Assembly (NCBI GenBank): GCA_031430035.1
Contig: JANPAS010000083.1
Coordinates: 36,769-100,768 of the forward strand
Origin: Comamonadaceae bacterium
GTDB lineage: Bacteria; Pseudomonadota; Gammaproteobacteria; Burkholderiales; Burkholderiaceae_C
DNA: 64,000 bases
Reading direction: 5' to 3'
Each line of letters begins with the position of its first letter. The first letter of the stretch is position 1. Made by a program: the position numbers and the translations under genes. Shown here piece after piece: positions 18,820 through 27,775 of this stretch. Below the pieces are notes generated by a model that had not been told where the DNA came from, made no database searches, and saw nothing but the letters and a program-made list of their open reading frames with translations.

Positions 18820-19554
18820 ATGGATATTGGAGATTGTGAATTGAAGTTACTCATTTTGGCGGGCGGATTTGGCTCCCGCCTGCAGTCTGTGCTCCCCGAC
18901 ACGCCCAAGGCATTGGCACCGATCGGCGATGTACCCTTCCTTGCGCTCCAGCTTGAAAACTGGGTTGCCCAAGGAGTCCGCTCATTCATTTTTCTTTTGC
19001 ACCATCAGGCTGACCAGATCACCAACTTCCTGAGCAGTGCCAAGAGCGGTCTGCTTAAAGAGTGCGAGGTTCAAAGCCTGATTGAACCGACGCCGATGGA
19101 CACTGGGGGCGCGGTGGCTCATGCAGTTCGCGAACTCAATCTCAACGAGGATTTTCTCGTCACCAATGCCGATACCTGGTTAGGTTCAGGCATCCAGGAA
19201 CTGATCGCTTCGGCGGCGCCGGCGATAGCGGTCATCAGACTTGATGACTCCGGCCGCTATGGCAAGGTCCAATTTGACGACCGCCAACGCGTCACGGCGT
19301 TCACGGAAAAAAATGCCCTTGGCGAGCCAGGTTGGATCAATGCCGGGCTTTGCCGCTTGGGCGTCGACCTGTTCCGGACTTGGGATGGCGCCCGGTTTTC
19401 GCTTGAAAGACAAACCTTTCCGGAGTTGGCGCAACGAGGCGAATTAGGAGCCGTCATCATCAAACCAGATTTCATCGATATTGGAATTCCCGAGGACTAT
19501 CAACGATTTTGTCGTTGGATCGAAGGAGGTCGCAAAGGCAAATTATGCAAGTAG
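18820..19554 (+). CDS. Sugar-1-phosphate nucleotidyltransferase, HddC-like (heptose-1-phosphate guanylyltransferase type)
   Basis: LLILAGGFGSRLQSVLPDTPKALAPI (G-G-x-G-x-R-L loop). The short 244-aa single-domain architecture and the neighbouring HddA-like and GmhA-like genes fit this type. The nucleotide specificity cannot be read from the sequence. Confidence 0.6.
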   Translation: MDIGDCELKLLILAGGFGSRLQSVLPDTPKALAPIGDVPFLALQLENWVAQGVRSFIFLLHHQADQITNFLSSAKSGLLKECEVQSLIEPTPMDTGGAVAHAVRELNLNEDFLVTNADTWLGSGIQELIASAAPAIAVIRLDDSGRYGKVQFDDRQRVTAFTEKNALGEPGWINAGLCRLGVDLFRTWDGARFSLERQTFPELAQRGELGAVIIKPDFIDIGIPEDYQRFCRWIEGGRKGKLCK

Positions 19555-20933
19555 AAAAATTTCTCATCGCAGAAACCGCAACGCTGCGGGAAGCTCTGGC
19601 GCGCATCGAGCTCAACCACCATGGCATCATCATGGCAATGGATACGATCGGGCGGGTCACCGGCCTGGCCACAGATGGCGACATCCGGCGCGAGCTGCTG
19701 AATGGTCGGACGCTGGATGACATGATCTCGTCGTGCATCAACGCCGCGTTCATCTTTGAAGATCCTGCGACCCCTCGTGAAGCTTTGCTCAAGAAGCTCG
19801 ACCAACGCATTCGTGTCATTCCCTTGCTTGACGCCGATCGCCGACTGGTCGGCTTGGTCAGTCGCGACCACTTGCCGGTCCGGGATGAAGAAGCCGTGTT
19901 CGCGCGGGCCCGCGCGCCGGTACGGATCAGCTTTGGCGGCGGCGGCTCCGACCTGACCCACTATTTCTCCGGCCAGGATGGCGCGGTGATCAACACCACC
20001 ATCTCGCTCTACAGCCATGCGACGCTACGCGTGCGGGATGACGAGAAAGTCTCGATCCATTCACTCGATCTTAACGAATCACTGCATGCAGACAGCCTCC
20101 AACAAGCGCTGGCGAAGGAAGATCGTTTTGGCCTGATTAAGGCTCTGCTGCGTATCGTGCAACCGGATTTTGGCTTCGACCTCTACCTGCACTCAGACTT
20201 TCCGATGAATTCTGGCCTCGGCGGTTCCGCCGTCGTATCGGCGACCGTCCTTGGGTGCTTTAACCAGTTCAGGCTTGATCAGTGGGATCCGCATGAGTTG
20301 GCCGAGCTGGCGTTCCAAGCCGAACGACTGTACCTGGGTGTGGCAGGTGGCTGGCAAGATCAATATGCCACTGTTTTTGGCGGATTCAATTTCATCGAAT
20401 TCAGAATGGAGCAGAATATTGTTCACCCGCTTCGGATCCATCCCGACATCCTGCTTGAACTCGAGGAAAGTCTGATCCTCTGCGACACCGGAACCACTCA
20501 CGATTCGGGTAATATCCACGAAGATCAGCGGCGTCAGATGGAAGACCAAGCGATTCGAACGCATGTGAACACGAACGTCGAACTGTCCTACCGGATTCGC
20601 AATCAATTGTTGCGCGGTAAGCTGCACGATTTCGGTCACTCGCTTCACGATGCCTGGCAATTCAAACGGCAGTTCAGCAGCAAAATTTCCAATAATCGCC
20701 TCGACCAGATTTACGAAGAGGCTCGCGCCCATGGCGCACTGGGCGGGAAGTTGCTAGGGGCGGGGGGCGGGGGCTTCTTCCTCTTTTATGTACCACCATT
20801 CAAGAAGCACGAATTGATTCAACATTTGGAAGCATCAAAATTGCAGGTTAGGCCCTTCCGCTTCGAGCAGGATGGCTTGCGCGCATGGACCGTGCGCGAG
20901 CGCAAAAATCATATGGAAATGGAAAGTAAATGA
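19545..20933 (+). CDS. CBS-pair domain fused to a GHMP sugar kinase (HddA-like)
   Basis: N-terminal ~115 aa: ATLREALARIELNHHGIIMAMD..GRVTGLATDGDIRR ... IRVIPLLDADRRLVGLVSRDHL (two CBS repeats). Kinase part: RISFGGGGSDLTHYF, PMNSGLGGSAVVSATV (GHMP motif 2), GWQDQYATVFGGFNFIEF and GGKLLGAGGGGFFLFY. The start is set at the ATG at 19545, which overlaps the upstream stop. Confidence 0.7.
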   Translation: MQVEKFLIAETATLREALARIELNHHGIIMAMDTIGRVTGLATDGDIRRELLNGRTLDDMISSCINAAFIFEDPATPREALLKKLDQRIRVIPLLDADRRLVGLVSRDHLPVRDEEAVFARARAPVRISFGGGGSDLTHYFSGQDGAVINTTISLYSHATLRVRDDEKVSIHSLDLNESLHADSLQQALAKEDRFGLIKALLRIVQPDFGFDLYLHSDFPMNSGLGGSAVVSATVLGCFNQFRLDQWDPHELAELAFQAERLYLGVAGGWQDQYATVFGGFNFIEFRMEQNIVHPLRIHPDILLELEESLILCDTGTTHDSGNIHEDQRRQMEDQAIRTHVNTNVELSYRIRNQLLRGKLHDFGHSLHDAWQFKRQFSSKISNNRLDQIYEEARAHGALGGKLLGAGGGGFFLFYVPPFKKHELIQHLEASKLQVRPFRFEQDGLRAWTVRERKNHMEMESK

Positions 20934-22822
20934 AGATGAGAATCGGGCAATACGAGATCGGGTCTGGCCACACCTATGTCATCGCTGAAATTGGCAACAA
21001 TCACAACGGCAGTTTTGATCGCGCGATCGAGCTGATTGATCTGGCTCTGGACGCTGGCGCCGACTCGGTCAAGTTCCAGATGCGGCATCTGGACCAGATA
21101 TACCGTCAGCGCACCTTGCGCAAGGACGGCGAGGACTTGGGCACCGAATACGTTCTCGATCTGCTGCGAAGGTTCGAACTCACCGTCGACGAGCATCACA
21201 AGCTAGCCGAGTACTGTCGCGCCAAAGATGCGACCTATCTGTGCACGCCTTGGGATGCCGTCAGTGTGGACGTGCTCGAATCGTTCGGAGTCCCTGCTTA
21301 CAAGGTGGCATCGGCTGACCTTACCAACTTGCCCTTGCTCGACCACCTCGCTCAAACAGGGAAGCCCCTGATCCTGTCCACCGGAATGAGTACCCCTCAG
21401 GAAGTGAAAGCCACGGTCGCCTTCCTTGGCAAACGCAACGCACAATTTGCACTGTTACATTGCAACAGTACCTACCCAGCGCCGCTGCACGACATTAATC
21501 TGAAGTGGATTGAGCAATTACGCAAGATCCACCCACTGATTGGATATTCGGGTCACGAGCGCGGCATCAATGTTTCGCTAGCAGCCGTGGCATTGGGTGC
21601 GACCATCATCGAGCGCCATTTCACGCTGGACCGCGGGATGGAAGGTCCGGATCACGCAGCGAGCCTGACCCATTCGGAACTCAAGCGACTGATCGAAGGC
21701 ATCAGGGAAATCGAAGAATCGCTAGGGGATGGACTAACGCGAACCCTGTCCCAGGGCGAAATGATCAACCGCGAAAACTTGGGCAAAAGCCTGGTCGCCG
21801 CGACGGCGCTGGCCAAAGGTACCAGACTCACAGCTGCGCACATCAAGGTTCGCAGCCCCGGTCAAGGACTTTCGCCGCAACGATACGAAGAACTGCTGGG
21901 CAAGACACTGCAGCACGACATGGAGGAAGAAACTTTCTTCTTCCCTTCGGACCTGACCGAAACCCGTGTAGAGCCCCGTCCATATCGGTTTGATCGGCCT
22001 TGGGGAGTGCCAGTGCGCTACCATGACTTCGGAGAATATTCCGCTAGGATCAAACCGGACGTATGGGAATTCCACCTTTCTTACTCAGATATGGATCTTG
22101 ATCTAGCCAACTTCCTGAAGGGCACTTACGAAGCAGGTTTCGTGGTGCATGCACCGGAGCTGTTCTCTGGCAGCCGCCTGATGGACCTAGCAACGCCAGA
22201 TGAAGCCTACCGCGCTGAATCGCTGCGAGAAACCCAGCGCGTGATCGATATCACCAGGAACTTGAAGCGCTTCTTCCCGAACACGAAAAGACCCCAGATC
22301 GTCGCCAACATTGGCGGCTTCACGATGGATGAATTGCTTCCGACGGAGGTGATTCCAAGCTATTACGAACGCTTTGCTCGCAGCTTGGCCGAGTTGGACC
22401 TGGACGGAGTCGAGCTGATTCCGCAAACGATGGCACCGTTTCCCTGGCATTTCGGTGGCCAGCGGTATCAGAACCTGTTCGTCAAGATCGAGGAAATCGT
22501 TCATTGGTGCCAGAAGCTCAATCTGCGCATGTGCTACGACGTATCCCACAGCTCCCTGACCTGTAATCATCTTGGCTACGATTTCTATGAGTTCAGCAGG
22601 CAGATCGCCCCGTTGACAGCACACCTGCACCTCGGCGATGCTAGGGGACTCAATGGCGAAGGCTTACAGGTTGGTGAGGGTGATATCGACTTCGACCGCC
22701 TCGGCGCGATCCTGCGCCAGGGTTGCCCTGACGCTTCATTCATCCCCGAGATTTGGCAGGGCCATAAAAACAGCGGCGAGGGATTCTGGATCGCCATGGA
22801 ACGACTGGAGGGCAAGCTGTAA
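20930..22822 (+). CDS. Fusion protein: NeuB-type (PEP-condensing) ulosonic-acid synthase with SAF domain, plus a xylose-isomerase-like TIM-barrel domain
   Basis: Residues ~1-350: YVIAEIGNNHNGSFDRAIELIDLALDAGADSVKFQ, AYKVASADLTNLPLL, PLILSTGMST, LLHCNSTYPAP, GYSGHERG, IIERHFTLDR..GPDHAASL, then a SAF-like segment (KSLVAATALAKGTRLTAAHIKVRSPGQGLSP). Residues ~370-630: FHLSY..., VVHAPE, IVANIGGF, ELIPQTM, CYDVSH, HLHLGDA, IPEIW, typical of the sugar-phosphate isomerase/epimerase (AP-endonuclease-2) fold. Confidence 0.75.
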   Translation: MKMRIGQYEIGSGHTYVIAEIGNNHNGSFDRAIELIDLALDAGADSVKFQMRHLDQIYRQRTLRKDGEDLGTEYVLDLLRRFELTVDEHHKLAEYCRAKDATYLCTPWDAVSVDVLESFGVPAYKVASADLTNLPLLDHLAQTGKPLILSTGMSTPQEVKATVAFLGKRNAQFALLHCNSTYPAPLHDINLKWIEQLRKIHPLIGYSGHERGINVSLAAVALGATIIERHFTLDRGMEGPDHAASLTHSELKRLIEGIREIEESLGDGLTRTLSQGEMINRENLGKSLVAATALAKGTRLTAAHIKVRSPGQGLSPQRYEELLGKTLQHDMEEETFFFPSDLTETRVEPRPYRFDRPWGVPVRYHDFGEYSARIKPDVWEFHLSYSDMDLDLANFLKGTYEAGFVVHAPELFSGSRLMDLATPDEAYRAESLRETQRVIDITRNLKRFFPNTKRPQIVANIGGFTMDELLPTEVIPSYYERFARSLAELDLDGVELIPQTMAPFPWHFGGQRYQNLFVKIEEIVHWCQKLNLRMCYDVSHSSLTCNHLGYDFYEFSRQIAPLTAHLHLGDARGLNGEGLQVGEGDIDFDRLGAILRQGCPDASFIPEIWQGHKNSGEGFWIAMERLEGKL

Positions 22823-23418
22823 TGTCCCTTCTTTTGACTATCCACGCCGAAGTGGCGGCGTCCATCGCCGTCAAACAGGCGCTGCTGCAGGACGATGCGC
22901 TATTGACGCAGATCGAGGCCCTAGCAAGGCAGTGCGTGGCCGCACTTCGCGCTGGCGGAAAAATTATTTTCGCTGGCAACGGCGGAAGTTTCGCCGATGC
23001 GCAGCACTTGTCCGCCGAATTCGTGTCCCGCTTCAAATTTGACCGCGCGCCGCTAGCGTCACTGACGCTGGGCACCAACAATTCCGCCATCAGCGCAATC
23101 GGCAACGACTATGGCTACGATCAGGTATTTTCACGCGAACTGGAAGCGGTCGCCAAAGCGGGCGATGTGTTCATCGGCATTAGCACCAGCGGCAACAGCC
23201 CGAATATACTTGCTGCCGTCAACAAAGCCGCGGCACTGGGCATCGCCACGACCTGCTTGACTGGCCGTACTGGCGGCAAGCTGCTCGCAATGTGCAATTG
23301 CCTGTGCATGCCGTCCGATGACACTGCGCGCATTCAGGAAGCCCATATCACTGTCGGCCACATTATTTGCGGCTTGGTCGAGCAGATTTATTTTCCAGAA
23401 GGGAAAAGTGCCCTATGA
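22822..23418 (+). CDS. SIS-domain sugar-phosphate isomerase, GmhA-like (sedoheptulose-7-phosphate isomerase type)
   Basis: GGKIIFAGNGGSFADAQHLSAEF, LGTNNSAISAIGNDYGYDQVF, DVFIGISTSGNSPNIL and ARIQEAHITVGHIIC. The 198-aa length is typical of GmhA/DiaA. Confidence 0.75.
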   Translation: MSLLLTIHAEVAASIAVKQALLQDDALLTQIEALARQCVAALRAGGKIIFAGNGGSFADAQHLSAEFVSRFKFDRAPLASLTLGTNNSAISAIGNDYGYDQVFSRELEAVAKAGDVFIGISTSGNSPNILAAVNKAAALGIATTCLTGRTGGKLLAMCNCLCMPSDDTARIQEAHITVGHIICGLVEQIYFPEGKSAL

Positions 23419-24140
23419 GTAGTATTGTCGCCCTGATCCCCGCCCGTGCCGGCTCTAAGGGGGTTCCCCATAAAAATATCAAGCTCCTGGGCGGACGCCC
23501 CCTAATTGAATGGTCGATCAAGGCCTGCCTGAAATCCCAATTGATCGACCGTGTCATTGTTTCCACGGACTCACCTGAATACGCCGAATTGGCGATAGAA
23601 CTGGGGGCAGAGGCGCCTTTCTTGCGCCCCTCGGAAATTTCAGCCGACCGTTCGACTGATTACGATTTCATTGCGCACGCACTGGACTGGCTCGCTGCCA
23701 ACGGTGGCGAACCGCAGCATGTGGTGCACATCCGTCCCACGACACCATACCGCGATCCTGCTCTGATAGACCAAGCAATCAAGGTTTTTCTCAGCGAAGC
23801 TAAGGCCACGGCGCTGCGCTCGGTGCATGAAATGTCCGAGTCCGCTTACAAGACCTTCGAAATCGCACCGGCAGGCCAGCTCATGCGCCTAGGCAGCGAC
23901 AGCACTGCTCTCGACGCTGCCAATAACGCCCGCCAGCAATTTCCCGCCACCTACCAGGCCAACGGCTACGTGGACGTGCTTTCTTCCCGTTTCATCAGAA
24001 CCAATGGCCTGATTCATGGCGACTGGGTTATGCCTTTTATCACCCCCACCGTGATTGAGGTGGACACGATCGACGATTTTGTTCATCTTGAATTCTTGCT
24101 TGATCGCAATCGCGCATTTTTCGACAAATTATTTACCTGA
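23415..24140 (+). CDS. Acylneuraminate-type cytidylyltransferase (CMP-ulosonic acid synthetase family)
   Basis: IVALIPARAGSKGVPHKNIKLLGGRPLIEWSI and VHIRPTTPYR. The start is the ATG at 23415, overlapping the upstream TGA (ATGA). Confidence 0.75.
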   Translation: MSSIVALIPARAGSKGVPHKNIKLLGGRPLIEWSIKACLKSQLIDRVIVSTDSPEYAELAIELGAEAPFLRPSEISADRSTDYDFIAHALDWLAANGGEPQHVVHIRPTTPYRDPALIDQAIKVFLSEAKATALRSVHEMSESAYKTFEIAPAGQLMRLGSDSTALDAANNARQQFPATYQANGYVDVLSSRFIRTNGLIHGDWVMPFITPTVIEVDTIDDFVHLEFLLDRNRAFFDKLFT

Positions 24141-24148
24141 GGTTATTT

Positions 24149-25537
24149 ATGGCTGGACATGAATTTTCCCGGAGCCCACAGAAGGTTCCGTTTGTAAGCA
24201 CCGAACATCGCACTATCAAGACAGCGATTCCTGCTCCCGGCACCGAGCAGATACTCGCCACTCTGGATTGCTACGAATCGCGTTCCATGCATGGCCAGTT
24301 CCCGCTGATCTGGGACCGTGCGGTGGATTCCAGCGTGTTCGATATCGCCGGCAATCGCTGGATCGATTTCACGTCGACGATTTTTGTCGCCAATGTGGGC
24401 CACTCCAACCCCAGGGTAACGGCCGCCATGCAGGCGATGATGGATGCCCCGATCTACAGTTGCTATGCCTACCCAAACATTAAACGCGCCGAATACCTGA
24501 AGAAGCTGATCGAATTCGCCGGCCCTCCGTTCGAAAAGGCTTTCCTGCTGTCAGCCGGAACCGAAGCCACCGAGGCCGCGCTGAAACTGATACGCATGCA
24601 TGGCCAGAAAATCGGCAAGCGCCGCGGCGGCATCGTCTGCATTGAGGGCAACTGGCATGGCCGCACCATGGGTGCGCAAATGATGAGCAGCAACCTGACC
24701 CAGCGCGAATGGATCGGCTTCCAAGATCAGGATATCCATCACATTCCGTTCCCGTATGCTTGGGCCTTGAACGGGACTAGTCCGGAAGCCTTCCTCGAAG
24801 CGGGCCTGGCGCGTCTAGCCGCATCGGGAATCGACATCGAAAAGGATGTGTCGGGCTTCATGCTGGAAACCTTCCAGGGCTGGGGCGCTGTGTTCTATCC
24901 GAAGGAGTTTGTCCAGGCCATCGAAAAAGTGTGCCGTAAACACAATATCTTGCTCGCCTTTGATGAAATGCAGGCGGGATTCGGCCGCACGGGCCGCCGC
25001 TTCGGGTTTGAGCATTACGAAGTCACACCGGACCTGATCGCTTGCGGCAAAGGCATGGGCGGCGGTGTTTCCCTCTCCGGCGTGCTTGGCCGTGCAGAAG
25101 TCATGGATTTGCCGGATATCGGCAACATGAGCAGTACCCACTCCGCCAATCCGCTGGTCTGCGCTGCGGGCCTGGCGGTAATCGAGGAACTGGAACAGCG
25201 CGACCTCGTCAGCGAGGCGGCTCGCAAGGGAGAGATGCTGTTCGATGCCTTGACCGCGCTGCAGCAGCGTTTCCCTGACCGCATTTCCGCATTGCTTGGC
25301 AAGGGCTTGATTGCTGCCGTACTGTTCCGTTCCCCTGTCACTGGCGCCGCCGATGGAGCCTTTACCAGCCGGGTCGCCGAGCGCTGCATGCAAAAGGGCT
25401 TGCTGGTGGTGCATACTGGGCGAGAGTCGATCAAGATCGGCCCGCCACTGACCATCGCCGATCAAGCCTTGATGGAAGGTGTCGACGTACTGGGCGAGGC
25501 GATCACTGAAATCAGTGCGGAAGTGAACGCAGAATGA
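24149..25537 (+). CDS. Class III (omega-type) PLP-dependent aminotransferase
   Basis: LLSAGTEATEAALKL, GNWHGRTMGA, LAFDEMQAGFGRTGRRFGFEHYEVTPDLIACGKGMGGG (Schiff-base Lys) and STHSANPL. Confidence 0.8.
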   Translation: MAGHEFSRSPQKVPFVSTEHRTIKTAIPAPGTEQILATLDCYESRSMHGQFPLIWDRAVDSSVFDIAGNRWIDFTSTIFVANVGHSNPRVTAAMQAMMDAPIYSCYAYPNIKRAEYLKKLIEFAGPPFEKAFLLSAGTEATEAALKLIRMHGQKIGKRRGGIVCIEGNWHGRTMGAQMMSSNLTQREWIGFQDQDIHHIPFPYAWALNGTSPEAFLEAGLARLAASGIDIEKDVSGFMLETFQGWGAVFYPKEFVQAIEKVCRKHNILLAFDEMQAGFGRTGRRFGFEHYEVTPDLIACGKGMGGGVSLSGVLGRAEVMDLPDIGNMSSTHSANPLVCAAGLAVIEELEQRDLVSEAARKGEMLFDALTALQQRFPDRISALLGKGLIAAVLFRSPVTGAADGAFTSRVAERCMQKGLLVVHTGRESIKIGPPLTIADQALMEGVDVLGEAITEISAEVNAE

Positions 25538-25971
25538 TTAGCGCGATCCGGCATACCGGCCTGGTGGTAGCCGACCTTGAACGGGCGCTGCACTTTTGGT
25601 GCGATGCGCTCGGCTTCAAGGTGGTCAGGCAGATGGAAGAGTCGGGACCCCATATCGACGCCATGATGGGCCTGCACGATGTCCGTGTGACCACCGCCAA
25701 ACTGGCGGCGCCCGACGGCAACCTGATCGAGCTATTGCAGTTTCACTCCCATCCCGACCGGCCGCAGTGGGACGGCGCACCGTATTCGACCGGGTTCACC
25801 CATATCGCCCTGACGGTAGAAGACCTTGACGCACTGGTCGGCAAACTTGCGCCCCTAGGAGTCACTTTCCCGGCACCGCCGCAATATTCACCTGACGGTG
25901 GCGTCAAGGTGATTTATGCTAGAGGCCCCGAGGGGGTCCTCCTCGAACTCGTCGAAATATTGACCAAATGA
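25534..25971 (+). CDS. VOC (glyoxalase/bleomycin-resistance/dioxygenase) family protein
   Basis: IRHTGLVVADLERALHFWCDALGFKV ... FTHIALTVEDLDALVGKL ... GPEGVLLELVE: paired beta-alpha-beta-beta-beta modules. Confidence 0.7.
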   Translation: MISAIRHTGLVVADLERALHFWCDALGFKVVRQMEESGPHIDAMMGLHDVRVTTAKLAAPDGNLIELLQFHSHPDRPQWDGAPYSTGFTHIALTVEDLDALVGKLAPLGVTFPAPPQYSPDGGVKVIYARGPEGVLLELVEILTK

Positions 25972-26948
25972 ACCAGACAACTCACCAGAAACCCCAACAG
26001 AGTACGACAGCCTGTCCTCTCTGCGCATCGGAAAAGAGCGAAATCCTTGTCCAACAGCTGCGACGTGGCTATGGCATGGCGCGCTATTGCCCTGCCTGTG
26101 ATCATGGCTACTTGGTCCAGGAACAGGCCGTGGACGCCAAGGAGTATTACGGCGAACTGTATCGTCAAGAGTATTCCCATAATGCCGAGGCGGCAGCGAC
26201 CCATGCCCGGGAAATATTCCGGGTTTACAAGAACTATCAGCAGGATCGCTTGCATCATATTCTACCCCTCTTGACTGCCAGTTCGCGGCTGTTAGAAGTT
26301 GGTGCCTCCGCAGGACAATTCCTGAGTCATATCAAGCACAAGGTTGGGGAGGTAAATGCCATCGAGCTCGACAAAGCCTGCTGCGCCTTCCTGGGCAGCG
26401 ATCTCGGCATCGATGCGGATGTGGAATTCCTGGAAAACTCGCGCTTTGCCGACCAAACCTACGACGTGGTCTGTGCTTTTCAGGTGATAGAGCATGTCGA
26501 GCAGCCTGTGGCGTTCCTCAAAACCCTCCAGCGGGTCACGAAGAAGGGCGGGACAATCTTCATCGAGGCTCCCAATCTGCGCGATCCCCTGCTATCGGTG
26601 TGGGACGTGCCGACATATCGTAAATTTTTTTATCACAGCGCCCATCTCCATTACTTTACGGAGGCCTCCTTGACCAAGGTGGCACGAGATGCCGGTTTTC
26701 GCGCCGATCAGATAGAAATCAGTTTTACTCAGGACTACAACGTCCTGAATCATCTTCACTGGATCATGAACGATGGCCCCCAATCCGATTGCCATGTGGG
26801 CCTGAGTGAAATAAACCTGCGCGGCCCCAATCAAGAAATCGCGACTTGGTTAACCGAAGAAATGAGAGACGTGAATTGCCGCTACATTGCCAAGCTGGTG
26901 GCGGCGAAATGCACCTCCAACATGCTGATGAAATTGCACTATGAATAA
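25968..26948 (+). CDS. Class I SAM-dependent methyltransferase with N-terminal Cys4 zinc-ribbon
   Basis: CPLC...CPAC, then motif I LLEVGASAGQF, and YDVVCAFQVIEHVEQP / GGTIFIEAPN. Confidence 0.7.
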   Translation: MNQTTHQKPQQSTTACPLCASEKSEILVQQLRRGYGMARYCPACDHGYLVQEQAVDAKEYYGELYRQEYSHNAEAAATHAREIFRVYKNYQQDRLHHILPLLTASSRLLEVGASAGQFLSHIKHKVGEVNAIELDKACCAFLGSDLGIDADVEFLENSRFADQTYDVVCAFQVIEHVEQPVAFLKTLQRVTKKGGTIFIEAPNLRDPLLSVWDVPTYRKFFYHSAHLHYFTEASLTKVARDAGFRADQIEISFTQDYNVLNHLHWIMNDGPQSDCHVGLSEINLRGPNQEIATWLTEEMRDVNCRYIAKLVAAKCTSNMLMKLHYE

Positions 26949-27774
26949 CAAAATCGGTTTCATGCAAGGACGCCTCTCCCCCTTGGTGGACGGGAAAATA
27001 CAGGCCTTCCCCTGGGATACTTGGCAGCAGGAGTTTCCCGCGGCTCAGAGTTTGGGGCTGGGCCTGATGGAATGGACCTTGGATCAGGATCGGCTCTATC
27101 AGAATCCCCTGCTGACGCCCCAAGGCCAGCAGGAGATTCGCCGCCTGTGTCAGGCACATAGGCTGACCATTCCTTCGCTGACTGGGGACTGCTTCATGCA
27201 GGCCCCGTTCTGGAAAGCTGAACATCCTGTAAAGGCAGGCCTCGAGGCGAATTTCATCGCCATAGCCCGCGCCTGCGCTGCGGTCGGTATTGAAATGATC
27301 GTCGTGCCACTGGTTGACAACGGCAAGCTTGAAAATGATCAACAGGAGGATGCGCTGGTCGCCTTCATGCTGGATCAGGCAGACCTGTTTCAGAAGCTCC
27401 GCCTGCGCATCATTTTCGAAAGCGATTTCGTCCCGGATAATCTCGCACGCTTCATCGACCGCCTGCCAGCCGAAACCTTTGGTGTTAACTACGACATCGG
27501 TAACAGTGCGGCATTGGGATTCAATCCCGAGGCAGAATTCGCGGCATATGCTCCCCGTATCATGAATGTGCATATCAAAGACAGGATCCGTGGCGGAACC
27601 ACAGTCGCTCTGGGCAGTGGCAATGCCGACTTCCCGGCGGTCTTTAGTCTGCTACGAGACGCTGCCTACGGCGGTTACTTCATCATGCAAACTGCCCGTG
27701 CTGAAAATGGCGACCATGCCGGTGCCCTGAGTCGGTACATCGGTCAAATCGAGACTTGGACGAAAGGGCTCTGA
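26941..27774 (+). CDS. Sugar-phosphate isomerase/epimerase (xylose-isomerase-like TIM barrel)
   Basis: IGFMQGRLSP, LMEWTLD, IVVPLVDN, IIFESDF, VNYDIGNS, VHIKDR and YFIMQTAR: spaced barrel-strand motifs of this family. Confidence 0.65.
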   Translation: MNNKIGFMQGRLSPLVDGKIQAFPWDTWQQEFPAAQSLGLGLMEWTLDQDRLYQNPLLTPQGQQEIRRLCQAHRLTIPSLTGDCFMQAPFWKAEHPVKAGLEANFIAIARACAAVGIEMIVVPLVDNGKLENDQQEDALVAFMLDQADLFQKLRLRIIFESDFVPDNLARFIDRLPAETFGVNYDIGNSAALGFNPEAEFAAYAPRIMNVHIKDRIRGGTTVALGSGNADFPAVFSLLRDAAYGGYFIMQTARAENGDHAGALSRYIGQIETWTKGL

Positions 27775-27775
27775 T

